From NCBI RefSeq assembly GCF_006345805.1, contig NC_043006.1:45632001-45696000 (forward strand): DNA of 64,000 nt, given 5' to 3'. Every line of letters begins with the position of its first letter. The stretch's first letter is position 1. Position numbers and translations under genes: made by a program. This DNA comes from Octopus sinensis. Taxonomy: Eukaryota. The notes below the pieces were generated by a model, which ran no database searches, was not told the DNA's origin, and saw only the letters and a program-made list of their open reading frames with translations. Of the stretch, positions 49,924 to 62,002 are shown one piece after another.

Positions 49924-50501
49924 AATGCTTCAAGTGAACTACCACGCCCTTATACACCTAATCAACAATGGCTTTTCTTACAAACTAATAGATCAAGCCA
50001 TACATTAATACAAACATAAACACAAAACCACAAGTACATCAAACACAGTCAACTACAAAACAACTACAGAACAGATGACCACTTTATGGAAAACCTTGTA
50101 AAACAGAACCTCTTTCTCTGAGACAGTTGCAGGTCACTATACTTAACACACACACTAGTGTTTGGATGTTTGTGTATGTTTGCAAGTAGTATTATGAGCA
50201 AACTATAGAGTACCCAATACAAGTAGTAGGGTATATTTATTATTATTGAAGTTGATGACTGTTTCATTTCTTAAGGTCTTTCACCAAACAAGCATTCATC
50301 AGATGGGCATATCAGCAAAAAAAAGTTTTTGAAAAATTTTTTATGCATAATTTTGAGTGTGGCTGATGCTAGTGCTGCCTGACTGGCTTCACTTCCACTC
50401 TTGGAGGTAGAAATGAGCATGATGAGTGCATCTTCTCCCTGACTCATGATCTTTTAGATAACTCAAGCAGTATATATATATATATATATATATATATCCG
50501 C

Positions 50502-50643
50502 TCAGTCAAAGTCGACTCTCGGTTACTCGTTGGATCAGTTTCCTCCAGTCAGTTCTATCCTGGGCCGCTTCTTTCAGATTGGCTATGTCCATTCCGGTAT
50601 CACTCTTGATGGTGTCAAGCCAGCGGGTTCTTGGTCGGCCTCT
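50502..50643 (-). mobile_element. RTE LINE extreme C-terminal fragment
   Basis: RGRPRTRWLDTIKSDTGM..LKEAAQDRTDWRKLIQRVTESRL. Confidence 0.8.
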
Positions 50644-51429
50644 TATACACACACACACACATGTTAGGAAGGGCATCCAGCTGTAAAAATCCTGCCAAAA
50701 CATTCACAGAAGTCTGGTGCAGGCTTCGGCCTAACCGGCTCTTATGAAACCATCCCACCCATGCTAGCATGGAAGGCAGATGTTAAATGATGATGATGAA
50801 ACATATACAATGGGATTCCTTCAGTTTCCGTCTACCAAATCCACCCACAAGGCTTTGGTCAGCCCGAGGCTATAGTAGAAGACACTTGTCCAAGGTGCCA
50901 TGCAGTGGGACTGAACCCAGAACCATGTGGTTGAGAAGCAAGCTTCTTACCACACAGCCATGCCTGTGCCTTTATACACACATATATGCTGGGCAAAAAT
51001 GCAGACTATAAAAAACATTTCAAATAAAATACCGAATGATTACTATTTGGTGGAAAGCAGAAAATATAGAGCAACAGGCTATATGCTTCTTGATATTTTA
51101 TTACGTATTTGAACAGTCTGAATTCCATGTCCTGTCGGAATCAACTTTGCCTTTCATCCTTCAAAGGTTGATAAAAATTAGATAAGTACCAATCAAGTAC
51201 TTGCAGGATCAACATAATCTCGACAATACTCCCTCGCCACAACATGTGACTAACCTCCTGTCTGTCTGTCTTTGTGGTAGAAAATTTAAGAAACGAACTA
51301 TTGTGTATATCAGTATTACTCAATACTGATATAATGCCTGACGTTTGAAAAATAAACTTTAAAAAGTATTTGTATTTTAGGATAAATATTTGTAAAAATT
51401 GATTTGAAATATAGCCATTATATTTCAAG

Positions 51430-51582
51430 AAGTGGCTGTGTGGTAAGTAGCTTGCTAACCAACCAACCACATGGTTCCAGGTTCAGTCCCACTGCGTGAC
51501 ATCTTGGGCAAGTGTCTTCTGCTATAGCCCCGGGCCTACCAATGCCTTGTGAGTGGATTTGGTAGACGGAAACTGAAATATA

Positions 51583-51651
<69 letters not shown>

Positions 51652-51862
51652 TTGTGTGTCTGTGTTTGTCCCCCTAGCATTGCTTGACAACGGATGCAGG
51701 TGTGTTTATCTCCCCGTCACTTAGCGGTTCGGCAAAAAGAGACCGATAGAATAAGTACTGGGCTTACAAAAGAATAAGTCCCGGGGTCGATTTGCTCAAC
51801 TAAAGGCAGTGCTCCAGCATGGCCGCAGTCAAATGACTGAAACAAGTAAAAGAGTAAAAGAG
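51430..51862 (+). mobile_element. SINE family A, full length
   Basis: Matches 13111-13506; long (TA)n(TG)n linker. Confidence 0.9.
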
Positions 51863-52089
51863 ATTAAGATACATCGTGTATTTTATAAATATGCCTGTTC
51901 AAGTATCATGATAGCATGAAACTATTAGTAGTTCTTTCAGTTGGTTATTTAATTTTATCTATCTATCTATCTATCTATGTCTGTCTGTCTGTCTATCTGT
52001 CTATATATAAGGAGTCTACAACTACCTACCAAGCCTTCATAAAAGTAAAAGAGAGAGACAGAAAAAAGCATTTCATTCAATGTTTCTTC

Positions 52090-52250
52090 AGTTTAATTGT
52101 TTTTCATGCTTTACTCTAAGTTGAAAAAGTCGCAAAGGCTGAAACCAGTACTAAAATGTTCTTCATGATAAAATTATTTTAGCATTTTCTACCTTGTCTT
52201 AATTTTCCTTATACATATCAACTCATGTGTTACTTTTCAACCTTTTCAAC
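52090..52250 (+). mobile_element. Penelope-like repeat with U3-A8-type HHR-like motif
   Basis: AG-TTGAAAA-AGTC-GCAAA-GGCT-GAAA-CCAG-TA-CT at 52119-52152; homologous to 35790-35930. Confidence 0.6.
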
Positions 52251-52277
52251 CTTATATATATATCATCATCATATATA

Positions 52278-52329
<52 letters not shown>

Positions 52330-52365
52330 ATGTGTGTGTGTATATCATCAGATATATATATGTGA

Positions 52366-52410
<45 letters not shown>

Positions 52411-53174
52411 TATAGATATATATTATGTTGTAGCTGTTGTTCTTGTTAATATACATATTTTTCTTGTGTGCAGTTGTGTGAAGTGTTGTTATTTTGGCTG
52501 AATAGATAATGAAATTGTTGGTTATTTGACTGAAGGGGCTTTAACTTGCATTAACAAAGTGCTGAGAGAGGCAATAGAGCAAATAAGAAGAGAGAGAGAG
52601 TATAAAGTAAAGTCTGCTTTCAGATGGTTAGTCTTTGCATAAACCACTGAATCTTAGCCACTCAGTATATTTGATAGTAGAACAGGTGAGAGAGAAAGAG
52701 AAAAATTCTAGGTAAGATTCCAGGACTAAGTGGAAATTTATGCATAAAAGTTAAAATTTACAATAATAAAAGAATGCAGTAGTATATAATTTTTACAACA
52801 ATGCATTAAAAATTGCCAAGTCATTGGAGAATTTTAAAAATTGTTTCTATGAAATTTTAAACCAATGAAAACCCTATTTTTCTTCTTACTATTATAAGGT
52901 AATAATCCCAGGGTAATAGACATGTTTTCCATGAAAGACTAGAAACAAACAACAATTGGTTGTATGATGATGCTGTTCCTTTACAACTATTACTTGATCT
53001 CATGACAAGGATACACAGACACACACGGGCACACACATAGATACACACAAACACATGCAGACACACACACACACGGACACACACACTTTTCAGTTTTCAT
53101 CTACTGAATCCATGCACAAGGCTTTGGCTGCCACACATTAGAATTGAACCTGAGGTCATATAAATATAGAAAAT

Positions 53175-53410
53175 AAATGCGCCCTTTTAAAGCCTAGCCA
53201 GGCTCATGGGCCCAGTTTCCCGGTTTCAATAGCGTATGTGTTCCCCAGTCCATCGCAGCGTTACTCATTTTTGCCAGCTGAGTGGACTGGAGCAACGTGA
53301 AATGAAATGTTTTGCTCAAGAACACAACGCATCACCCGGTCCAGGGATCGAAACTACAATCTTACGATCATGATGCTGACACCCTAACCACTAAGGCACG
53401 CACCTCCACG
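53175..53410 (-). mobile_element. SINE family C
   Basis: Reverse complement of 27022-27275. Confidence 0.85.
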
Positions 53411-54237
53411 AGGTCATATAATTACGAAACAAACTTCTTAACCACACAGCCAACTCTGTACCTATAAATATATATATATAATTAATAGCTATTCTATGGA
53501 AGTATTAAATTTCTCATACTTTTAATTGAAGCATGAGTTTTATTTATCTAAAAATCCATGCTTGCTAAATCCGGGGGTCAAATTGATGTAAACAAGTTTA
53601 GATAACTCTGACTTGTAGTGTGGCACACATTTCTTGTGTATGTTTTGAACCCCAAATAATAAACTTGCTAAATGACTCTGAAAATATCCTGGCTGCCAAA
53701 CCAAGTTCTCTTAATTAAGTTTCTTAAGAATTTCATTCAAACTCTCCACTCTCTGCCAATGCCACTGTTAATGATTTGGTTCGGTACCAAAATATAGATG
53801 GGCTCCAGTTTCTTATCTAAATCAATACTTCTGTTTGAAATTGTTCCATTGTTTGTTTGGAAGAATATTGGGAAAGCCAATATTTTTGTCGACTTCTCTC
53901 TTTATAGCCATTGTTTTTGCCTAAATTTTTAGCACCTCTTGGTCTCAAAATCTTACTTCACGGGTTTTATATAATTCCCATTCTTCACCTCTTATTTTCT
54001 TCACTTTCTTCTTGGCATATAGAAATATTTGTGAATGTGTGTGCATGTATTTGTATGTGTTGCATTTTCAACCTCTTAAATTTCTTTTCTCTTTCTCAAT
54101 TGTTAAATTCTCTCATTTCCTTGTCCCACCTCTCAATAAATTATGTGTGGGCCTACTTTTCAACATTTCATATTTTTCTATCTCTTTGTCTACCCTCTTG
54201 CTCACCTTTCTCTCTCTCGTCTATGAGTATGTATATT

Positions 54238-54475
54238 ATTGCAGCGTGGAAGGTGTTTGTAAGCCATTTAAGAAAAGACACAAAAGCTGTTCGATTCATT
54301 TCTACATTTAAGTTAATTTGTCAAAATATTTTCATCGCTTTAAGACCGCGACCCGTTCACTGACAAAAATCCATGCTTCTTAAATGGCTTACAAACACCT
54401 TCCACGCTGCAATTGTTTTCGTTTCAGCACATGATCTCAGATCAAATCACTTGCTATGCAGGTACATCTCCGTAA
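54238..54475 (-). mobile_element. Penelope-like repeat with perfect 37-bp inverted duplication and HHR-shaped fold
   Basis: 54238-54274 is the reverse complement of 54377-54413; HHR-like fold at 54317-54367. Confidence 0.7.
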
Positions 54476-54569
54476 TATGTATATTTTGTTTGTCAGAAAA
54501 CACAAAAATAACACATATGTGAATCACTTCTAAAATTTTGGTTCAATTCCTACCTGTCTTATCTCTCTC

Positions 54570-54960
54570 TTTTACTCTTTTACTTGTTTCAGTCATTTGA
54601 CTGTGGCCATGCTGGAGCACCGCCTTTAGTCGAGCAAATAGACCCCAGGACATATTCTTTGTAAGCCTAGTACTTATTTTATCGGTCTCTTTTGCCGAAC
54701 TGCTAAGTTACGGGGACGCAAACACACCAGCATTGATTGTCAAGCGATGTTGGAAGGACCAACACAGACACATAAACACACACACACACACACACACATA
54801 TATACGACGGGCTTCTTTTCAGTTTCCATCTACCAAATCCACTCACATGGCTTTGGTCAGCCCGAGGCTATAGTAGAAGACACTTGCCCAAGGTGCCACG
54901 GAACCCGGAACCATGTGGTTGTAAAACAAGCTACTTACCACACAGTCACTCCTGTGCCTA
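54570..54960 (-). mobile_element. SINE family A
   Basis: Reverse complement of both halves. Confidence 0.87.
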
Positions 54961-55283
54961 TCTGCTGATGTTTTTGAAGTTTGTGTCGTCTATTAAAATC
55001 TCACCCTTTCATAGTTTTCCATTTTATCCAGTTTTTACTTTTTCATCTCCTCTTGACTTGTTCATAAGTGCTTTTAACTTCTCTTAACTTAACTTCCCCA
55101 GATTTATTCAGATACAATTTTTCACCCTCTTCTTTTACCTTCTCAACCTCTCCTACAAACAGTGTTACCCTGTTTCCTTTCTATATTACCTGTCTTAATG
55201 CAAACACACATATGTGCGCATGCACACACACACACAATTGTTAGTTTGTTAGTTTATATATGGAGAAAACCACCATAATTAAA

Positions 55284-55960
55284 CCCTTTAATGTTTAACC
55301 GTTTTGTTACCATATTTCTGTTGAGATGCTTTGTGTTTCTTTCAATGAATTTTAAATATAGCAAAGAACTTAGTAAGATAACTTAGTTGTCATTAAGCTG
55401 GTGTTAGGAACATAAATTGTGACTAAGTTTGATGGAAGATTTTAATTCAGAACTTTTGGAAACAAGACATTTGTACTACAGAGCCAGAGTTGGTTTCAGC
55501 CGAGTTGGTATCAAAAGGGTTAAGAATTGTTTCTCTATTATATATGTTAACCCATTTGTTACCATATTTCTGTTGAGATGCTCTGCGTTTCTTTCAATTA
55601 ATTTTAAATATAACAAAGAACTTAGTAAGATAACTTAGTTATCATTAAGCTTGTGTTAGGAACATAAGGTTTGGTGGAAGATTTTAATTCAGAATTTTTG
55701 AAAATAAGACATTTGTACTACAGAACCAGAGGCAGCTTGGTATCGGAAGGGTTAAACCAGCCATATCTGACCAAAATACTCTACCTGCTTTTAATTCAAA
55801 CTGGCCAGATCCTGCTACTCACACCTACTCCACAATGTCATTCTAAAAGTAAACAATCACACCATTTAATTCTCAAAGCTATGAGATAATGCATGATTAA
55901 TTCAAAGCAATGAAAATAAGTAAGTGTAACATTTGACAGATTAACCTGAATGTTAAAAGG
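55284..55960. mobile_element. piggyBac-type MITE with two copies of another piggyBac-type MITE nested at its internal TTAA
   Basis: Inner copies 55299-55519 and 55551-55751, each TTAA-CC..GGG-TTAA; outer body homologous to 21999-22531. Confidence 0.8.
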
Positions 55961-56000
55961 TTAAAGAATACATTTTAAACACTCACACAAGTTGCTTTTT

Positions 56001-56372
56001 ATTACCTCCACCTTAGCGAAGGCACAGGTATTGTTTTCAGTCATATTTGTTTGTTTGTTTGTCCATAGACAAGACATCTGAAGAACTGCTGGATGAATTC
56101 AGATGAAACTTTCAGGAATGTTTTGTCTCTCGACTGGCACAAACTGATTAGATTTTGGGATCGATCCGTTACCAGATAAGGATTCTGGATTATTTTTCCT
56201 GTGTTTTTTACTTAATTTTTGTGAGACATTGGGTTCATTTTTTGTATTCTCGTTTGTGAGAGCAGTCGAGTTTATTTCAGATATTCTTATTTTAAAAATC
56301 ATCTCTGACTAATCATTGAGAGGATGTTGGTGTTGTCTTGGTGGAGGTCTGTGCTCTCTGAGTGCTCTTGTT
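56001..56372 (+). mobile_element. HINE-type element
   Basis: Homologous to 28165-28533; ATTACCTCCACC start, GTGGAGGTCTGTGCTCTCTGAGTGC end. Confidence 0.7.
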
Positions 56373-56534
56373 ATTATTATTATTTTTATTATAATTATTA
56401 TAATTATTATAATTATTATTATTATTATTATTATTTTGATTTAGTTATTACTTCAATATAATTTCAGTCCCATTGAGGTTAACTTTACCTTTTATTCTTC
56501 CAGTGTCAGTACAATAAAGTACCAGTCATATGGT

Positions 56535-57235
56535 GAAGGTACATGGCTCAGTGGTTAGAGCATTGGGCTCACAGTCATGTGGTAGTGAGTTCAATTCCCA
56601 GACCGGGCTGTGTGTTGTGTGTTCTTGAGCAAGACACTTTTTGTTTCACATTTCTCCAGTTCACTCAACTGTAAAACTGAGTTGCGATGTCACTGGTGCC
56701 AAGCTATATCAGCCTTTGCTTTTCCCTTGGATAGGTGGGGGGGGGGCATTCTGAAAGGGGTCTCAGGGAGTAGTGTTCCTGCCTTCCTGAGCTAGTTTTC
56801 CACCATATTTCTTGAAAATTGCGGTAGAGGTCTTGGTCTTGGGACCACTCATGTCTAGAAACTGAGGTTTGGGGTAAGTAAAGGCATGCTCCCCATAGAA
56901 AATCCAGCTCGAAAAAAGCCTCATGATAGCAAAGGAGAATGGGCACCAACCAGCTCAAAGGTTGGGGAGGGCTGCACTTGCCTACCTCAGTTGCTATGGC
57001 ATTGAGGTAGATCCAGCCACCCCTGTTAACGGGGACAAAATCTGGATTTAAAACACTGGATGATGATGATTATGATGATGATAACATCGGTGATATGGAG
57101 AATGGAGGCTGGTTTGCATGGTTGATGACTGGTCTTCCATAAACAACCTTGCCTGGACTTGTGCATTGGAGGGGAACTTTCTAGGTGCAATTCCAGGGTC
57201 ATTCATGACCACAAGGTAACTTTACCCTTTACCAG
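56535..57235 (+). mobile_element. Family C long SINE interrupted by a family E insertion (56735-57082)
   Basis: SINE resumes at GATAACATCGGTG after the (GAT)n tail. Confidence 0.78.
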
Positions 57236-57764
57236 TCATGTACTCGGGCTAAATATATTTAACTATACCTCCCCTACATCCTAAAGAAGGATAACATACG
57301 ATGACTTTGTCTCACGCATACACATACATACACACACACTCAACTAGCTTCCACATAGTTTCCTACTAAATTTACTCACAAGGTGTTGGTCAGCCATAGT
57401 AGAAAACACTTACCCCCTCCCAGGTGTTGAGCAGTAAGACGGAACCCAAAATCAAGTGATTACAAAACAACCTTCTTAACCTCACAGCCATGCTTGTTTA
57501 AAATATCTGCAATTTTTCTCTCATAAAACACACCTTGAAGTAAGAATTCTATAAATTTATTTCTTCACCAAAATACATTTGGCAGTTTTTCTTGTTTTTC
57601 TTTTACTTCCTTTTTTATTCTTCCTTGTCTTTATCTTTCTTCTTTCTTTCAGTTTTTTTTTCTGCTGTTCTAACTTTATTTTGCATTGTTGGTTTTAATT
57701 TTTTTGTTTACTGTTCTTTATATATATTTCAATCTTTTTTTTTTGGTGGTACCTTCTCTCCCAC

Positions 57765-58560
57765 TGTCTCTCTTTCTCTCACCCTTCCTCTCTCCCACTC
57801 TCTTCCTCTCTCCTACTCTCTTCTTCTCTCCCACTCTCTTCCTCTCTCCTACTCTCTTCTTCTCTCCCACTCTCTTCCTCTCTCTCCCGTAGTCTCTTCC
57901 TCTCTCCCACTCTCCCACCCTCTTCCTCTCTCCCACTTTCTTCCTCTCTCCCACTCTCTTCCTCTCTCTCCTCTCTCTCCTACCCTCTCTTCCTCTCTTC
58001 CTCTCTCCCACTCTCTTCCTCTCTCTCCTGCACTCTCTTCCTCTCTCCCACTGTCCCCGTAGTCTCTTCCTCTCTTCTACTCTCTCTTTCCTTTCATTTT
58101 TCTTTCACCTTCTCTCCCACTGTCTCCCTCTCTCTCACTCTTCCTCTCTCCTACTCTCTTCCTCTCTCCTACTCTCCCACTCTCTTCCTCTCTCTCCTGC
58201 CCTCTCTTCCTCTCTCTCCTGCCCTCTCTTCCTCTCTCTCCTACCCTCTCTTCCTCTCTCCCACTGTCTCCCGTAGTCTCTTCCTCTCTTCTACTCTCTC
58301 TTTCCTTTCATTTTTCTTTCGCTTTCTCTCCCACTGTCTCCCTCTCTCACTCTTCCTCTCTCCCACTTTCTTCCTCTCTCCCACTCTCTTCCTCTCTCCA
58401 CTTTCTTCCTCTCTCCCACTCTCTTCCTCTCTCCCTCTCTCGTCCTCTCTCTCCTGCACTCTCTTCCTCTCTCCCACTGTCCCACTCTCGTCCTCTCTCT
58501 CCCGCACTCTCTTTCTCTCTCCCTTTTCCTTTATCAGTATCTCTCTTTTTCTCACACTGT
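57765..58560. repeat. About 800-bp CT-rich minisatellite (unit about CTCTCTTCCTCTCTCCCA) with higher-order duplication
   Basis: Direct reading; block at about 58025-58140 recurs at about 58258-58370. Confidence 0.9.
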
Positions 58561-59883
58561 TTCTCTCTATCCCACTGCCTCTCTTACTTTCTCTCTTACT
58601 CTAATTATTCTTTTTTCTCTCCAACTTGCTCTCCCACTCTCTATCTGTCTATCTGTCTGTCTGTCTGTCTCTCTCACTTTCACTTCGTGCTATTTGTGTT
58701 ACATTAAAACTTCATATATTTCTCTAAACGCAGTCTTTGTGCTGATATAAAAAGCAAACATGAAAGCGAGCAAATACAGACTTAGATCCCAGTGTCTCCC
58801 TTTGTTGATGTCTCAATCTATTCTACCACAATTCCTACCTACCATAATCCTTCTAACAATGTAAGACTTGTCACATTAACACTTTTTATTTATATCTACA
58901 CAGTAGGTCTGAGATTTCTATGAATCCTAGGTAGCCATATTTTCCATACCCCTTAAAAAAAAAATTCATCATCATCATCATCATTTAATGACTGTTTTCC
59001 CTGCTGCCATATTTTATTATTTTTCATTCTGTTCTCACTGTTAGAGCAACGATTTTATTGTGGATAGCTTTTACTCATTTTCCTTTCTCTCTCTTTCTTT
59101 TTTCTGTCCACTAAAAGAAATGGCATTTTCAATGAATTTCTCTTTTTAAAGTTTACTTTTAAGGAATCAAAAATGCGGCTTTTCTTATGATCTTCCAGGT
59201 GGAAATAGAAGCCTGCTTTAAGATAAGTCGGGACTTCTGGGTCCAATGAGTAATGTTTTGTGAGGCCGCCCTGTTTATTTTCTTATATTTATTTACATTG
59301 TAGTCTGTGAACAGTGATGTTTTTGGTTATTATTATCCATTGGGTCGGTCTCCGAGTTCATTGCATTTCTGACAGTAATAAGAGGCCAGCTGTAACTTAG
59401 GGAAAACTAATTTTTTTCCCTTCCTTTGTCTTTGTTTCCGCCAATATTTGCACCGTTTGCTGATGTATGATGAAATATATACACATTCATGTGTGTATGA
59501 ATAAATTTATATGTGCAGAAATGGCTATGTAGTAAGAAGTTTGCGTTCTGACTGGCTGCATGGCTTCAGGTTCAGTCATACTGCGTGGCACCTTGAGCAA
59601 GTGGCTTCTGCTCCAGCCCTCGTATTTGTATTTGTGACAGCATTCATCTAGAGTAGGTTGAACTGGCTTTGACCAGTGAGTTCACCACATCCCTCACATC
59701 TGACGGTTGGCCCTAAGTAAAGCTTCTGCCTGCAACCCAAAAATCTAGCTTCCAAATTTGACAAACGCTCCTCTAGGAGAGCAAGCATGTTGGGCCATGT
59801 AGATGTTGTAGCTGTATTTGGTGTAGTGTTCATGTTCAGAGTTTCAGTGAGAATACAAAACTGTAGCCTTGGGTCAACCAAAC

Positions 59884-59919
<36 letters not shown>

Positions 59920-60982
59920 GAGCATGCACATGTTACTGTCTTGCTTCAGCATTGCTGTCTTGCCTCAACAGTTGTAAATGTGTGTCGCTGTTGTGAGAAC
60001 ATCCATGTCTAATCACGGGGAACTGTGAACTTGGAAACAGTGAGGGTTGGTGACAGGAAGGGCATCCAGCTGTAGAAAATTTGTATGTCACATGATATGC
60101 ATACATAGATTTAAACCCCCCCCCCCCCCAGCTCTAAGCTCTTAACTATGGCCTTTAACCACAGTCATGAAATGTAAATGAAATGAGATCATTCAATTAA
60201 GATTCAAACTTGAATCACCGATACTACCTGCCAGGTGTTTAATTCCACTCTACAACTCGTGCACAATCTATTATTACAACCTGACATCATCATCATCATT
60301 ATCATCATTATCCACTTGTCCTTGCTTACCTAGGTCAAATGAAATTTGTTGAGGCAGATGCTCTAAAGCCATTCCTGTTGCCAAGACTCACCTGTTTCTA
60401 AGCAATGAGTATCACTATCATTTCTTTTCTACTCTAGGCACAAGGCCTGAAATTTTGGGGAAGGTGGAGCCAGTCAATTAGGTCGATCCCAGTATGCAAC
60501 TGGTACTTAATTTATCGACCTCGAAAAGATGACAGGCAAAGTTGACCTCGGCAGAATTTGAACTCAGACCGTAAAGACAGATGAAATACTGCTTAGCATT
60601 TTGCCTGGTGTGCTAATGTTTCTGCCAGCTCGCTGCCTTACGAGTGCCACTGTTGTGAGGAAGGACATCCAGCCATAGAAAAATTTGCATGCCACATGAA
60701 ATGCATGCATGGACTTTGACCAAATTCCCTCAGCCATCCATATGCATGTGTAGTCTACTTGAAATTTGTCGTTCAAATTCCAGCTCACTTACTGGATATG
60801 ATTTTCTATACAATTTGTTCATTTAGTATACTATTTATATATCCTCTGCCAGCTCTTACATCTCATGCATAGCCTAATCGTAGTTTTGTTGTTCAAATTT
60901 CAAATCACTAAGCGAATGGGCTCCCAGTTACTTATATGCCTGAGTTGTCTGCTCATGGTTTGTTGTGTTTAATAAGTTATAT

Positions 60983-61200
60983 AGCGGCGAGCTGGCAGAA
61001 ATGTTACCACACTGGACGAAATGCTAAGCGATATTTCATCTGTCTTTATGTTCTGAGTTCAAATTCCACTGAGGTCTACTTTGCTTTTCATCCTTTCGGG
61101 GTCGACAAATTAAGTACCAGTTGTATACTGGGGTCAATCTAATTGACTGACTCCCTCTCGAAAAATTTCAGGTCTTGTGCCTAGAGTAGAAAAGAATTTC
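60983..61200 (+). mobile_element. SINE family B
   Basis: Head and body match. Confidence 0.85.
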
Positions 61201-61306
61201 TTTGCTTAAAGAACCCTTTGTATACAGGGTGGGCCAAAAGTCATGAAGGTATTTCAATATTTAATAAGTTCTAAATTTTTTTGTTTTAAATTTACAACAC
61301 CCCCAG

Positions 61307-61343
<37 letters not shown>

Positions 61344-61403
61344 AAATGCAGCCTAGGTTGGAAAAATTCACATCTAAATAAAAAAAGACTAATTAAAAAA
61401 AAT

Positions 61404-61708
61404 TCAGTTCTATATTTAAGAGATGAGGAATTATGTACATTATTTACACTATTTACATTATTTATATTTGACCTCATCTTGTTTGTTGTTAACACAATGT
61501 TTCAGCTGATATACCCCCCAGCCTTCATTAGGTGTCTTGGGGAAATTTTGAACCTGGATTCTTGTTCCTAAGGTACTTTTTGATGTTGTGGCCAATAAAC
61601 AAGAATTAATTATTATTAATATTATTAATGTCACTGCCTAGAATTGAAGTCGGAATCTTGGGGTTTGTAGCCTGCGCTCTTAACCACTACACCATATGCC
61701 CGTGGGCA
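61404..61708 (-). mobile_element. tRNA-headed SINE-like element with near-complete HHR in its 3' part
   Basis: Head 61630-61701 (TGGTGTAGTGG A box); GACAC-CTAATGA-A-GGCTG..CAGCT-GAAA-CATT-GTGTT at 61491-61536. Confidence 0.8.
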
Positions 61709-61913
61709 ATTATGGAGTGAATTTTTGGGCTTTTAAATCTAATATTCTCCTATCCTTCCTTAATACCGGTTCCCATATGCTGTTCATATCTGCACTCAGT
61801 GTGCTTAGGAGGTTTTGCTGCTTCTTTTAAAAAAAAAGATTATCAAAATTTCATACCTTTTTGTGACTTTTCGCCCACTCTATAAATGGGCACTCTACTG
61901 TACTACTTGTCTA

Positions 61914-61944
<31 letters not shown>

Positions 61945-61945
61945 G

Positions 61946-62002
<57 letters not shown>

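Noticed and set aside
50268-50312. CTGATGA..GAAA on the minus strand
   Set aside because: No convincing stem I, II or III pairing
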